A DNA stretch of 64,000 nt from Ramazzottius varieornatus (taxonomy: Eukaryota; Animalia; Tardigrada), in contig BDGG01000006.1 in NCBI GenBank assembly GCA_001949185.1, positions 478,827 through 542,826 on the forward strand. The letters are read 5' to 3'. The notes below the pieces were generated by a model. The model was not told where the DNA came from. It saw nothing but the letters and a program-made list of their open reading frames with translations, and searched no databases. The stretch's first letter is position 1, and every line of letters begins with the position of its first letter. This document shows positions 13,901-27,917 of this stretch, piece by piece. A program made the position numbers and the translations under genes.

Positions 13901-14555
13901 AACGATGAAACGCTACAGTTTCTTCTTGGCCGGCCTCTGTTTTTTCATCTGTGCTATGTCTGCTTTGGTTCGCTATTTCGCGGCAGAAGAGCCCAGACAC
14001 AGACAAGCACCATGGCCTGGCCTTGTTATTTTAAACTGTAGCCGCGGCTTATCACTTCGATGGATTGCTATCTTAATTGGCAGCAGAAATATGCAGACTT
14101 TCTCATCGTTGGACTTAGCTCGATAACGCGGCAAAAGAAGAAGTGAGCGCAACGTGGAAAAAGTCGACACGTGAAGCGCAGTGGTAAATTCCTTTAACGA
14201 ACCCAAAATCAGCTGGAAATTTCAAGGTTTTCTGGAAAGTCGTCTGCGCGGTGTTTAAACGCTACAAAGTGTACAGTTTTATCCTCGGTTACCATCAAGC
14301 GGTCTATCTTATTACGTAACGCACGCGCATTTTTCCTCATTGAATAATATAATGCACCTCTCACTTCACGTCGGCAACAGCGTAAAAAAATACCCCCCGA
14401 TATGGAAAAATTCGAAGCAAAATCCGATGGCAGGCTTGTCAAAATCCGATGGAACGCCTTGTCAGATTTACACCTTCGCATTTCCTATGTCGTTCATCTA
14501 TTTTGATTTTGATGGAGGATCTGGGGGGTTTGCCTAAAGGTGTGCTTGTTTTCAC

Positions 14556-14762
14556 CTTGAACATGTCGGAGTAGTCATTATAGTTGAAGTCCATGTAGCG
14601 GATGGGGTCAATGTCAAAGTTGGTCCAGGAGTCGGCGATGCGGTCAAGGTCGAAGGGCGAAGCGTGGTTGGGCCAGGAGGGCCAGTTGGACAAGGAAGGA
14701 AAGATGCCCTCTTCCTTAATGTCCATCCCTGCGGCAGATGGCGCCATCCAGCTGGGCATCAT
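14556..14762 (-). CDS. Probable alternative first coding exon of the zinc-finger gene
   Basis: 69 coding-like codons (MMPSWMAP..DYSDMFK) end at AAG|gtgaa in phase 0, the same phase as the acceptor at 10495; an upstream acceptor gtgcag| lies at 14821. Confidence 0.55.
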
Positions 14763-17700
14763 CGCCCCTCAGCCAGAGGGCGCCACGCTCGATGACAAGG
14801 GCGGAAGGGAAAGGAAAGACCTGCACTAGCCAAAAAGGTCTTCCCTGCCGTCACCCACCTTTCCCGAAGCTAGTCCTCCAGCCAGTTTCCTCTGTGTCGT
14901 AAGGGAATTAGATGTACACCTGCAAGGGCGGCAAGCATCTCCCGGCAGCAGTTATCCAAGTGCTGACTTGAGCATTCTTCTTCGTACTAGACGGTCTTCC
15001 GTCTTCATTTTCAAATTTGGATTTTTGGAAGCGAGTGTTATAAGTCAGAAGAAGGGTCACTTTGAGACTCATTTACCTACCATAGGTTCAGGTGTCGTCG
15101 ACAGAAAAATCAGAAAAAGTTCTACTTTGAGATTCATCTAGCCACAAATGGAACAGATTTACATCTTAGTGGAAGCTAGAAGCTTTTAAAGATATGGCTA
15201 GTTAAATAATCGCGGAGCAGAGCACTGGGAAAATCGTAGGAAACTATCGAAAATTCCTTGTGGGTTCTGAATCAAAAGGATTAAAACTCTTTTCGGCTCT
15301 GAACCAAAATTTTGTTTTGGTTCTGAATTAAAACTTTAGTTGGCGTCAGCGATGCATTCAAACAGCTTTATCGAAATCTTTGCGTGCTATAAATATTCCG
15401 TATTAGTTTTGTCCAAATATTTTGTCTACGCTGGTGTCTCCGTTTTATGAGATGATTATCCGAAGGACAGGAAGTGCATAACCGAGCTGAAATGTCAAAC
15501 CCGGAAGAAGTTTGCGGGGATCTCTCAGTCACGGTCTTGAGCAGGACTCGGCGGGCACCAGCAAAACCGAGAGAGTTTTCGCCTTACCACTACCAAGTGC
15601 ACGCTCTCCGTTATTGCAGTAGGTCTTGGCAATATAAAAAGATTCAGTTCACTTCCAGACTTACGTCTTGTATTTCTAAATATTTACAAGGTGTTTTTTT
15701 TAACAAATCCAAAGATTTAGTTTTCGGAATGCAAATATTGAATTCTCTTGATTAGGTTGATCCTATAAATCATTTACATTTGTCGGTTTGTCTATTCAGG
15801 AAATTGGAAATGTAATTGCCGTAAATATCAAGTTGATATATACAAGTCAAAAAGGTTAATCAGAGTGTATAAATATCCGATTTGGCTGTACTGTACTGTT
15901 AGGCCTGTTGTGTCGTCGTTTCCGGCCGATTATGCGCTTGCTGGATAATTAATCAGGTCGAGCATGTAACAGTGCGGCTTCTTCAAGGTCGACACAGGCC
16001 CGAAAAAAGGGGAAATATACCAATGTAGGATATCACGGCCCAACGTTAATCGCTCCACTCCCGATCAATACTCAACGGCCTTCTTCAACGTTTTTTCCAC
16101 CCAACAAGGCTAAACACGTCGACACAGAGACAAATCACTGCCAGCAGAAAGCAGCAAGACGAGATGCGATATGATGCCGATGAAGAAGGAAAAGATAGTC
16201 GCGATGAAGGAAAAAAGGTGTTAAACGATATACTTTGCAATGTATAGGCTTCCCTGCTTTTTTCACACGCTAATCGTCGCCGCAATCAGTGTGGGCGCAT
16301 GCGCAACATCCAACGATAAAAGACAAAAAGCCACCGCAATTGATCAATTATCAATTATGGACAAAGATGGAAGAGGGAAAAAGACGGCAACTAATATTCA
16401 AGAGAAAGTAAACGATGAGGATTCACAGCACCGGAATAAAAAGTGGAGCGGGCCGCCGATGCACAACCTTGCAATAGCTTCGTGGATGCTCGGCGGCCTG
16501 CTTGTCTACGGTAGAGGCCGTTGGAGAGGCTTGTCGTCTGGCAGGAAGAAGAAAAGACGCGGGGCAGGAAGAAGGAGAGCGGAGGGGAGTTGCGTTGATG
16601 CCTTCAGGAGCAAATCCTGTTTGGTGTACATTCATAGTCGATTTGCCGCAGTGCCAAGGTCTCGACTTCCCCCCCCCCCCCAGCTAGTGACCCTGATCCC
16701 GCCCAGCTTTCCCCCGTAGTAGTACCCAGTGTACAACTGGTACGTTTTGTCCCGGAATGAGGATTTTGAGCGTACTTCCCCTCTTGAGAGTTTTTCCACG
16801 GGTTGGTTGTAAGGCAGCAACACAGGATGTCCCGCTTTGCACTGCTTCGGCCGGATTTAGTTCGGCAAAGGGAGGAATGACAAGAAGGTGCTGTGGGTTG
16901 CTTAGATCGCCTGGCTTTGTGAGGTTCTGGATTCTAGGCGGAGGCAGCCATGGACAAGAGTGTCTGTCGAGTGTTGTCTTGCCATTCTGAAGATGTGGAA
17001 TGTCCACACAGTGGATACTGTACATACAGTCCTTTACTGCTCTCGGGAAGCAAGCCTTGTCAGCCTGGTCGTCTTGGTCAACAATGTAAATGGTGGCAAG
17101 GGAGAAAAAATAACAATATTACGTGAGCGGCCATGATAGGCTTGTTTGGCAAAGCCCTTGGCGTCTTCCACAACTTCCGCCCCGTTTTTGTACCCCCACC
17201 AGACGGCACTCGACGTCTCCAATAACAATGCACCTCGCACTGACGTCATTCAACTTGTTACACAAGTCATTTTGACTCTTTGTAATCCATCTCGACTTTC
17301 CCACAGCAACTAAGGGATAATTATATTACTTTCAGGAATGTCTGTAGGAAATTTGCTGGGAATATTTTGACAATTTTCCGATTTATTATTACGGTATTCA
17401 GGCGACGAACGGCTTTGCCTGTACTTTTAAAAATGTAAGTTGACTGCCATGCATCAGTATTTCAAAAGTTTCATTTTTCTGGAATGTGGTCAAAAGTCTT
17501 GACCGCAGTCGGTACATCGAATTGTGCTTTGAAGTTTCGCGGCAAAACTTGAAATTGCCGGGGAGGCAGTCTGTGGAGAGTTTTGCTGCAAACTCTGTGA
17601 AGCGGAAGTGGGTCTACTCTGGCCGTCTGCTTAGTGTGATATAATGCATTTATGAGCGATGTATAGGATGTTGGACAACAAGTGTCCAAGCTGTTTCCGC

Positions 17701-18490
17701 TCATAAGACCAATCAATTAGATATGCATTCAGGCAGCAGCGGGGCACATTACGGCTTTTTTCCCCCCTCAAGAGTCCACCACTGTGCTGCCCGTCCAGTC
17801 TCTTTTGCCGCTCTGCCCTTCAAACATCTCAAGCTGGCTCCTTATGGAAATGCACTGCTTGTTTGGCGTTCGGCAAAAAGGCCGCTGCATTATGTGATTA
17901 GCGACACAAGATCGGCCAAACTCGTCTGTAGATCTGAATGCCGATGTAGCCCCAGTTAATCGGCGGGGTTGTCAGCCCGCGTCTTTTCATGTCGCTCTTA
18001 AAGAACACCATGTCATGCCCGACTATATGACAGGCACTTCAAGGCCAGCTTCAGCTTTCTTCTGCCGCCTTCTTTTCTTACACAAGCTACCCCCAACCGG
18101 CCATTCTTCAAAGAGGAACAGTAATGATAGTGTGAATAACAGCTTTGTATGAATTTGATCGATGGAGATGAATTTTCAATTTTAGGGCCAAGACGTGGGG
18201 TATAGGCCTGCTGATGGGGGTGGTTACGGGCCAGACAGCCAGACTTCACTTGGCAAACTTCTACTAATCTCCCAGACAAAGTCGCACATCAGCGCTTGCC
18301 ACTGTCAAAGATCCCACGGAATGATGTATCAAAAACAGCCACAACTGGTTTTTTTCCGCGCACCCCACAGGGTGGCGCCTATCAGTACAGTTAGGTTCAG
18401 GCTGGTGGAAGCTCCTGGCACCAAGACTGCTTCGTGTAAAATTGAGGGAAATGTCTGTACATTTCAACATATTTGGCTCTCAGTTTGATA

Positions 18491-19122
18491 CACTGAGCCC
18501 CATACAGAAAGTATTTGTCCACCCTAGATTTTCATCCAAAATTCATAACTTCCTTCACTTTCACGCGATTTTGATAATTCGAACGTCTTTGTAAAGACCA
18601 GAGTTTCATCTTTCCGACCACGTGACTTTTTTTTGACGAAATTAGCAAATCAACTGGCTGTATGCAACCCTACTAACCTCAAAATACCCTTGTTTTCGGC
18701 TCCGTCTTGCGAAAGTCATACAGTAGCTAGCANNNNNNNNNNNNNNNNNNNNNNNNNNNNNNNNNNNNNNNNNNNNNNNNNNCCGGCGAGTAAACGAGAA
18801 TCTTCTTACAGAGCTCCGAAAAATTGTCACATGGACTTGTTCGAAAGCCCGATGTTGACCCCATGTCACGATTACAAGCGCGTTCTGCTAGCCACTGTCT
18901 GACTTTCGCAAGACGGAGCCGAAAACAAGGGTATTTTGAGGTTAGTAGGGTTGCATACAGCCAGTTGATTTGCTAATTTCGTCAAAAAAAAGTCACGTGG
19001 TCGGAAAGATGAAACTCTGGTCTTTACAAAGACGTTCGAATTATCAAAATCGCGTGAAAGTGAAGGAAGTTATGAATTTTGGATGAAAATCTAGGGTGGA
19101 CAAATACTTATGGGGCTCAGTG
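18491..19122. mobile_element. Tc1/mariner-type non-autonomous fold-back element with ~240-bp near-identical TIRs (assembly gap 18733-18782 inside)
   Basis: TA|cactgagccccata..agtatttgtccaccctagattttcatcc ... ggatgaaaatctagggtggacaaatacttatggggctcagtg|TA; TA TSD and Tc1-like terminus. Confidence 0.88.
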
Positions 19123-21666
19123 TACTATGCTGAAAATAACGTTGCTGGATTCTTCCCAGACTTTCGGTCCGTCATGATAGACTCTGTAGAAAAGGGACAC
19201 ATTGGTCTTGGTGACGTGTGAAAATCTGTCGTGCTATTAAGGCTTCACCGCTGAAACCGCTTCCTAGAACGAGATACAAGTATCAAAATTAATTTAAAAC
19301 TCTTTTTGTGGTTTTGAAGAGGCCATGTCGTGTTAGGTACAGTAGCACGCTACACTATTTCGGAGAACTACATTGGTGACTAGATTGTAGTAGAGTTTAA
19401 CGAGGGTAATTGTAGGGATGAGCTTATCCGGGTTAGGTTGGAGAACCCTACGACCGGAAGATGGTCACCGGCACATTTGACGGTAATGATAGTGGGCAAA
19501 TGTCGGCTCTATGTCGGTGGAAGCAGACATAGGGTCGAGACCTTCGCGACATGCAAGCAGCCTTCGCAGGCACGAGGGGAACTGCGGGAAAGGAGGTGGA
19601 TGGAGCAGTGACAGTCGCCTAATTTGAATAGGGTGTTGCATGTCTGCGGAAATCCCCGGTGGCATCCGGCTGGGGCCTGCCTTGTCTGGCTGCACACTGA
19701 GGTGGACAATTAATTTAGCCGGGACCTTGTGGCCTTACAACAGCAGCTTCATTAAACATTTGCGGCGGCGGCAAAAAGTGCGCTGAAGTAGGCAACTCTT
19801 CCCAAAGAGAATGGCGTGACGATCGGAAATTGAATTGGGGGGACACGTTGCATTATGGTATGAGCATATTTGTGTCAGATGGACAGTTTTTGACAATGCA
19901 TGTCAGACTCGGCCACAGTCTGCGTCACTTCGATTAGGGCGGTCAAAGGAAAAAAGTAGGCGCCTGACTTTGGCTTGTAGATGTGGAGGGGTAACTGGGG
20001 CTAAACGCAATGAAGTCCTTGGAGAATCGCCCATCCTCTGCGCGCTAGAGTACCAGCTTACTTCTTGCCATTCGCCCGAAATTAAACTAATTGACGAAAA
20101 AGCCACTCTCGGCTGCAGAAACAAAACGTAGTATGAGAGGGTCTTGATGCTCAGGCGGCACGCGTCCTTGCAAAAGAATGGAACTAGAGGTCAGAATTCA
20201 AACCAGTACCGCTACAATGCCAAATAATTTCAGACAATACCTCAATGATTTTTTTAATACGAAACAATCAAAAACATCGTAGCAATATACCTTGATTATG
20301 TCCGACGAACTGTTTCCGCTTTACTTCTGCGAGAAAAAGTACCGTACCCAACTTTGGTTACTGGATCTGACAAAATGAACTGAGAATCCGCGTGGAAATG
20401 TGTTTGTCTATATACTGAGCTGTAATTTTTCTAGAAACATTAAGTCTCGTATTTTGAAGTAATTGAAAATAAGAAACGCTACTTTTGAAGTCATAAAACC
20501 ATGTCGTTTTTTACGATAGATCGGCGCTTTTACAGCCCTGATATATGATGCATGTGATATGCCAATTGTAATGAATGCGTAATTTCCGTTTTATTGGCAG
20601 GGTAATGTTTTGCCCTCCCAGAGCTCATATCCATGTGATCGTAAATTTTTCTACAGTGGAAACTTTAACGACCGCCTGCCGACAAGGCGAGATGGCCAGA
20701 AAAGGAGGCAAATCCGTGCTAGTGTTGCCCCAGCACTTAGGGATGATCCGGTCTTCGCTAACAAGGCAAGACAAATGGCGCTCAAGGGCTTTCGCCAATC
20801 GTACATCGGATCATCCTTGCATGAGGCGAATCTCCCTGATGGAACAGCAGCAGCAGTAGTTATGTGTCGGCCAGACTTGTGAAGGACCCGTCGAGAAGTA
20901 GGCGACCTTGGCACAGCAAGCCGATCGATAAGACTTTTTTCGACGGGACTTCTTTCCGACGCTGCGTGCCACCCAGACGCTTTTCGCGGGACCTTGCGTG
21001 AGCTCGAACAATTCCACCGGGCTCTTACGTACACTGGAAAATCTCGTATACCGAACTCAATCATCCAAGAGTAATGGTTGAGCTGTTGAACTGCCAGTGT
21101 TACTGATTGTTTTACGAGATTCGTCTGGATTCTCCGGAGAGGTTGACAACTCAGCTGGCCGGAAAAACCACGAAACTTCGTTAGTGCACAGATCCAAACA
21201 TATTCTTTTCTTATGAACGTGCACAATGGAAGAGAAGAAGAACCAGCTCTGACTCCTACAGATTTTTTATGATCAACATAAATCATATTACGATCATATA
21301 AACCCAATGTTAGACAAGTGGTCAACCAGTCAAACTTCAGTCAAGACTTTATGGGCCGGAAGCTACGAACAATGTGTAAGACGTCAGGAAGCCACCAGCG
21401 AACGCTGTGTGTGAGTGGCACGTCATGTCAGCTGCGTTTGTTTCTTTGTGCACAATATGGTTCAAGAAACCAAAACAACTCTTCAGGCCACCAGGCCAGG
21501 GAAATCAGTGTGCTGTGGTGTCTTCCTGCGAGAATTTGTTCTTCGGAGAGTGAATGCTCCTCCAGTTGTGGTCCAGCTCACCCTGTCAAGGATGGTAGAT
21601 CTGTGGCAGATATAAGAAAGAGCACACTGACGGAAGATGCCGTTGGGGAAGGGATTGTTCGAGGAG

Positions 21667-24600
21667 ATGGCTGCTGGCATGTCGGGCAGCGAGCGTGAAC
21701 GTCCCAAGATGCATCTGGGGGGCGGAGGCAAACCCATCCCCATGAAACTCTTTGCCATCGGAGACACCGACCGGACACCTCCCTACTGCTCCAATAGGTA
21801 CGACTATGATTTTTCCACCTTCGCCAACGAACCATGCACTTGTATCCATATGGCATCCTTCCCTTCTAGTTGTATTCGCCCTCTTCGTTACAACATTACC
21901 CTAGTGGTTGATTGCTGATTGATTATGGTGTTGAGTGTGTGGTTGGCCGTCCATTGATTGTTGATATTGCAGGATTTGCACAGCGAGGTTGATCCGGCTG
22001 GTCATTATGCGCCCGCTGGAAGAAGGCTTGCAAACTGTCACGCTCGCCATTAAAATGCAGGTTGGTATGACTCCTATGACATCTCCATGAACTTCTGCTC
22101 TACTTGAGCGATGGATTTAGGGATCGAAACGGACACTGCGGTCTTCGGAGATCGACGTAGGGCTGATGGGAACGCTGGACTGCGAACTCGACTTGTCCTT
22201 ATCGCTTCAGGTAACAAAAATCGAAGAAAAATCTGCGAGGTCGGTGAACACACTCAGCAAGGGAGATTTGCCAAGTGGCGCTCCTGTTCAGTGTTGGCTG
22301 AAGGCGTGCGCCACTTGGGCAACTTGACCAGGTTGTCTTTTTCCAAGTGGTACAAGCTTGTAGCCAGTAATACTGAGAAAGTGCGCCACTTGAGAAGATA
22401 TCTTGACGAGTTTGTTTTGCCCAGCTCCCAGTTCCTTCTTCGTGAATAAATTTCAAAACTATTTTCTTTGCCTTTCAGTATCCACATTACTTGAAGAGGA
22501 GGACGAACCATCTGTACATTATGCTGCAAAGAAGAAAACGGTACAAGAATCGGCGGATTTTGGGATACAAGACGCTGGCTGTTGGCGTCATCGACATGAC
22601 CGATGTAAGAAAACATTGGGCTAAGTTCGGCATGACTTTTCAGTCTCCTCTTTGCGTTATGGCAGGTTCTTCAAAGATCTTTCGATCAAGATTTGCCCAT
22701 GTATGCCAGTCCGAAGGACAAGGCGACCATCGTGGCGCGGGTCAGCGTAGTGTCGATTGCGACGCAACCTGTCAACTTATCCAACGGCAAAGAAATGCTG
22801 GAAGACGGTACTTAGTCAAAAAAGATTATGTAGGAAATTGTCGTCAAAGTGCATCATCTTCAAACGTCACAGATGACCCTATGAAAATACAATCCGGCAG
22901 ACTAACGGTCCTTACAGTAGACTGTTTTTGTCTTCGGCAGAGAATAGTTCGGACGACGATGAATTTACCTCGGAGATGTCGGACAGTGAGGGTGACGTGG
23001 TGGGTGACGTGGTGGGTGACGACGCTGCGACACACGGTGAAGGTGGCAGTAAACCTCGGAGGAAGCGCAGTGAAAGCGGAAGACACCATCACTTAAGCCA
23101 AGTCAATTTCAAACAGAAATTCATCTCCCTTCTTCGCAAGTTCAAACAGTCCGAATCCGTAAGCTCAATAACAACTGTTCCACATTTGATTCTCTTTAGG
23201 GTTGGGGATATTTGGATATTTTTTTGTCTTTTAGGGCTTCGATGCGGAGATTCCCGAGCTGGAAGCCCACGACAAGGAAGTCTTGGATGACGAACTGTTG
23301 GACGAGCTGGAGTTTGACAGCGACAGTGGACCAGAGTTCTTCGACAATATCAGCTTGCAGTCGACACCTCGACCACATCTCAGGTGAAAATTTCAAATTA
23401 ACCCGATATTTCATACCCGACAAGTAAATTCGGCAAGACTGTTTTCCCAAGGGGCGCACGTCGTCAGTGCTTCGGGCGGAAAGGTGCGCCACTTGAGAAA
23501 AACTCGATAAAAGTGTTCTTCCCAGTGGCGCACGTCTCTAACGTTATAAGCTGTATCTGGGCGCCACTTGGAAAAACTCGACAATGGTGTCGACCTAAGT
23601 GGCGCGTGCTTTCGGTATTTTGAGCTGAAAACGTGCGCCACTTGAGGAAACGGTGTTGTCGACTTTCTTTGCCGAGCTCCCGTTTAGCGATGCCCAATGT
23701 CAGAATTTTTTCCAACTTTGTAGTCCGTACTTCAAACCTGGACGCTCGACATCGACACTGTTGGTGCCGGAGCGCGGGGGACTCGAAAAGTCTTCCATCG
23801 AACGGAGCACGGATGAAGGCTCTCGAAACAACTCAGACAGTCACCCGGTACGAATCTTTCGGAAAATTTTTTCCGCCATAAAAAAAAACTCAAGGCAAGG
23901 AGCGAATGAAAATAAGTGCGTGTGGTAGGAAACGATGACGGATGAAGATGCGTCGACACTTCGGGGTGAGGAACTCAAGTCAGAGGCGAAGCGCAAGAGA
24001 GCTGTCCTGCTCCGTGAGACCTCCTTGTCAGTTCGAGACAAGCCCGATAAAGAGGTGCGGGACAAGGCCGAAAAGAAGTTGGAAAGCGTCAGTCAGGAGC
24101 GGAAGTTGGTTAACCGTGATGTGGCGTTCCGAATGGGCATTACTGAACCGGGCTATAAAATCAACCAGTCCATCCCCGTCGAAGCTTCGGTAAGCAGAAC
24201 ATTCAGCTTGGCCGTCGCCATGCTGTCAATAATATTCGCTCCTACGAACGGTTTCCTTTCGTTTTTCTAGCCACGAAAAGCAGTGACCGACCAGTTGAAC
24301 CAAGCCTTTCCCTCACCGGACGAAGACCTCCCGCAGAACATCATCCTGGTCAACGGCAACCATCCACTTGGCCAGGTACGTTTTCTACCGCAGCCTGCCT
24401 AATTCTGGTGTATTGATAATTTCGAAAAAATGACATGGGGTAGCTGGATAACAAGACGTCCAATCGTTGTCTCAAGTGACGCACGCTTTCAGTTATTGAC
24501 ACGGCCAACACACGCCACTTGTGTGAAGATCTCGGACGTTTCGTTTGCCGACCAAGCAGTTACTTTCTCAATGGGACAATAAATTTTTTTCAGATGCTGC

Positions 24601-26988
24601 AAGAGCGTCTGAACTCAGTCTTGCCACCAGTCATCTGCACCGCTTCAACCGGAGATCTCAAAGCATGTTTCACTCATTTAGCGAACAGGCTTCAAAGGCA
24701 GTAAGTCGGATTTTTCCTCGCCTATCTTTTCTGCTGTTTTTCCTACGAATTTACCATAACTTTGAATTTTTCCCCAGTCATTTCAACAAGCCGCACACAG
24801 CGCTGCGTGTTGTACTCTGTGGTGGCGACGAGTTCGTCAACGCGGTGCTGCGTTCCTACGTCGACTTCTTCGCTGACCGACCAGTGGATCTGCAATCATC
24901 GCTGGCCTTCGTCATTGTCCCCATCACGGAAGGTGGCGTGGGGAGGTTCCTGGTCCAGACGGACCTGCTAGCCGCTAGCTTGTTCGACAACGCCCACTGG
25001 ACTTCGGCCATGGAGCAACTGGACAGCGACAACGTCGACTGGGATATGGTCATGGACAGGATACAGACCTATGTCCAAGCGGTCGGTGTGCTAGTTAACT
25101 TGCCCATCGCACAAGCAATGATCAACTTCAAAAGCCACGGGTAAGTTCTGATTGATGGGACGAAATGGATCGAGAGACTAATTTTTGTGGTGTGTTTTTT
25201 TGGTTTCCTTCAGAAATTCAGACTCGGATTCACCTCAACAGTTCGTTCCTTTTCTCAATGTGAGTACCCTAAAGAAAATCGTTTATCCGCATGGCAGCTC
25301 AGTAAACGAACTCGATCGTTTCTCAAGTGGCGCACGCTTGCGGACAATAACATTGCAAATCCGCGCCACCTGAGAAAGCAAACCGGGCAAGATCGTTCTC
25401 CCAAGTGACGCACACCTTCAGCCACTAGCACCGAAAACATGCGCCTGTTGAGTGGAGACTCTTGTCGAGTTTTTTGCGGGGCTCTCAAGTATCATTTTCT
25501 TTTCGACGTAAGATAGGTTCAGATCTATTCACCTCAGTCTCGAGTAATTTCCAGAAATAGTTGGAAAAACGCCCACTGGAAATATGGCAAAGAGGATATT
25601 TTGAGATACACCCTTAAAGGCTTTCTTACTGACAGGATGTGCGAGTCAAACTGGCTTCTTCGGCACATTCCGAAGGCTTCGGACACATCGCGTCTAACAG
25701 CGGTGAGTTAATGTTCCTTCGGCCATTTTCGCTGCGTTTTTCGACAGTTCTTTTCAAGCGACTTTACGTAGAGAAGGTGGTTATTCAGCAAAGGAATGAT
25801 GGTGTCTTTCTCTGCAGATCTGGACGACTTGGCACCACACCTGACGGGTGGCTCGGCTTCTACCACATCACTGACCAACTACATGGTGGGCAGTGGTCAG
25901 TCCGCTGTCGACAAGGACTTCTCCCCACCACATTCCCCGGTCATCCACCCACCCGGCTCCTCTCCGTAAGACTCAACGTCCCTTACTAGGCCGTCCTAAA
26001 TATTCACAGATAATACTCGGGGACTTGATGGTCTGAAGTGTCGAGTAATTAGCTTGTTCCTGCACGCGAGATTAAACTTGCCTTTTCTACCAAAGTGCCT
26101 GTCAAGGCCGCGCCAGGCACGAAGCGGTCCGAGAACTTCGTTGATATCTTGTAGAAAAATGGCAGACCGAGCTAAAAAATCAACTGCACGTTTGTCCTCA
26201 GACAGTGTGGTTCATTTTAGGCAAGCAGCGTACGGCGCCTTTGTTGATTCAACCAAGCCGTCGTCCAGTGGCGGTGGTAGCAATTCCAGCAGCGGCAGTT
26301 CCGACGCCCAAGAACTGCAGCTGGACTTTTGGATGCATGGTGGGTCTTTGGACAGTGACAAGGACCGCGAGAAAGAGCGAAAGCGCTCGGACGCCAACAA
26401 GCCCAAAGACATCCCCAGCACCAAGACCTCCATCAAGGCCGCCTTCAAGTCCATCTATGTCGTCCGACCTGTACAAGGAAGCTCGGTTTTCACCATGACT
26501 TATGCCACCAAGGAGAAGAAAATTCAGAGTACACTTATTCACCTTAACCAAAAACTACAGAAAATGTACTTCATAGAAAATTAAGATTGACTAAACTAAA
26601 CCGTGCTTTACTAAAATTTGCCAAATTAGAATTTACTAGATTACGATTTGGAAAATCATTTCATAGAAAATTTATCAAATTTTTTAACCTTCTTTTGACA
26701 GTTATGCGAGCGTTGGGGAAGAAGTCGACGAAGGAGTCGGAAGTGCGGACGGTCAGTATTGAAGGTGTTAGTCGGCTGATTTGTGGCACGACAAAGTCCC
26801 ATGGTCCGGGGATGAAAGGTAGACTATTCAGTCTCGTCTTACTTGTTTACTTATAGACGATAAGGTTAGAAGTTGCTCTTTTTGTAGTGACGATCGATGG
26901 GTGTGACTGGCAGAACATTAACTTTTTCCAGCTCTCACCGCAGTGGCACAATGTCATCAAGCATTTACCCCTGCTGATCTCTTCGTAG
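21667..26988 (+). CDS. PACS: Phosphofurin acidic cluster sorting protein (PACS1/2 homolog), multi-exon
   Basis: Spliced motifs [113 protein letters not shown]; last exon [20 protein letters not shown] ends at 26988. Confidence 0.93.
22237..22429. repeat. Palindromic-module element, 2 modules, PACS intron
   Basis: gaggtcggtgaacacactc..ccaagtggcgc..gtgcgccacttggg..ccaagtggtac..gtgcgccacttg..tcttgacgagtttgttttgcccagctccc. Confidence 0.85.
23416..23681. repeat. Palindromic-module element, 3 modules, PACS intron
   Basis: Three ggcgcacg..gcgccacttg pairs at ~75-bp period; right end tgtcgactttctttgccgagctccc. Confidence 0.88.
24442..24552. repeat. Palindromic-module element, 1 module, PACS intron
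   Basis: caagtgacgcacg..cacgccacttg..cgtttgccga. Confidence 0.7.
25295..25486. repeat. Palindromic-module element, 2 modules, PACS intron
   Basis: agctcagtaaacgaactcga..caagtggcgcacg..cgcgccacctg..ccaagtgacgcac..atgcgcctgttg..tcttgtcgagttttttgcggggctctc. Confidence 0.8.
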
Positions 26989-27397
26989 TCGTAGAGATAC
27001 CGGAGAATGCGCCTTGCTGGCTTTGCGTGAGGAAGAACGACTGTCAAAAGATTTCTGGTTTTATAGTGGGCAACATGTTTTTACTTCTTGCTCTATTAAT
27101 CTCTATTCTCACCCGGTGCCATAATTATGAAATTTCATGCTTGTTGCGGAATGTAATCTTCGCGTTTAGTTTTGCCTTTTATTTCGGTAAAGCTGTTACT
27201 TGTAAATCAAGCGGGATACTGCGGGAAAGTTTGCTTGAAATGCGGCAAGAAGAAATTCAGCTTCCGAACTTCGAAACAAGCGACAGATGAGTGGAAGCCG
27301 TATTAAACAGAAAAGATGAAAGAATTAGATACCTTCAGTATGACAGCACAGAGCGACGCCACATACGTAAACAAGAAAACTAATATCGTTCATATTT

Positions 27398-27518
27398 GGA
27401 AGGCCGGCAAACAATCTCGAAACGATCCTTGTCTCAAGTGGCGCACTTGTTCATGTAACTGGCTGGAAGTGTGCGCCACTCGTAATAACGGTCATTCCGA
27501 GATCGTTTGCCGGCCTCC
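27398..27518. repeat. Palindromic-module element, 1 module with clear TIRs, downstream of PACS
   Basis: ggaaggccggcaaacaatctcg..caagtggcgcac..gtgcgccactcg..cgagatcgtttgccggcctcc. Confidence 0.82.
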
Positions 27519-27917
27519 TGTTTAGTTTAAGCCTAGGTCGGATAAAAGACAAGCAGAAAGTGCCGTCACATGCGGACTTGGTATCCCAAAGTAACTACCC
27601 GATATGACATGGGGTAAGGTGGATCTTCCAGCCAGGGCAGCGCACCCAGGTCCTTCAGGAACAACAGTTGTCGGCCCAAATACTGGCAGTCCAGAGAAGT
27701 CAGTTCACGGTAGTCCACCGTAGCGCGGCTTCGGCAACCCATACTTCGTACTCGGGGTATGGACGGCAAATCTTTTCTCGTACTGGAAAAACAATCTTTC
27801 TGGTATGGTACGAGGACTACATGTTGTTTTATGAAGAGTCTTGCTTTATTCAAACAAGTAACTTTTTCTTCAAAAGAAGACCACAATGAAACAGGAGACT
27901 AAATCAAAATCAACAAG

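Noticed and set aside
20575-21325. ORFs upstream of PACS, including a 224-aa minus ORF
   Set aside because: No recognisable motif or consistent splice structure; may be a decayed fragment but cannot be supported.
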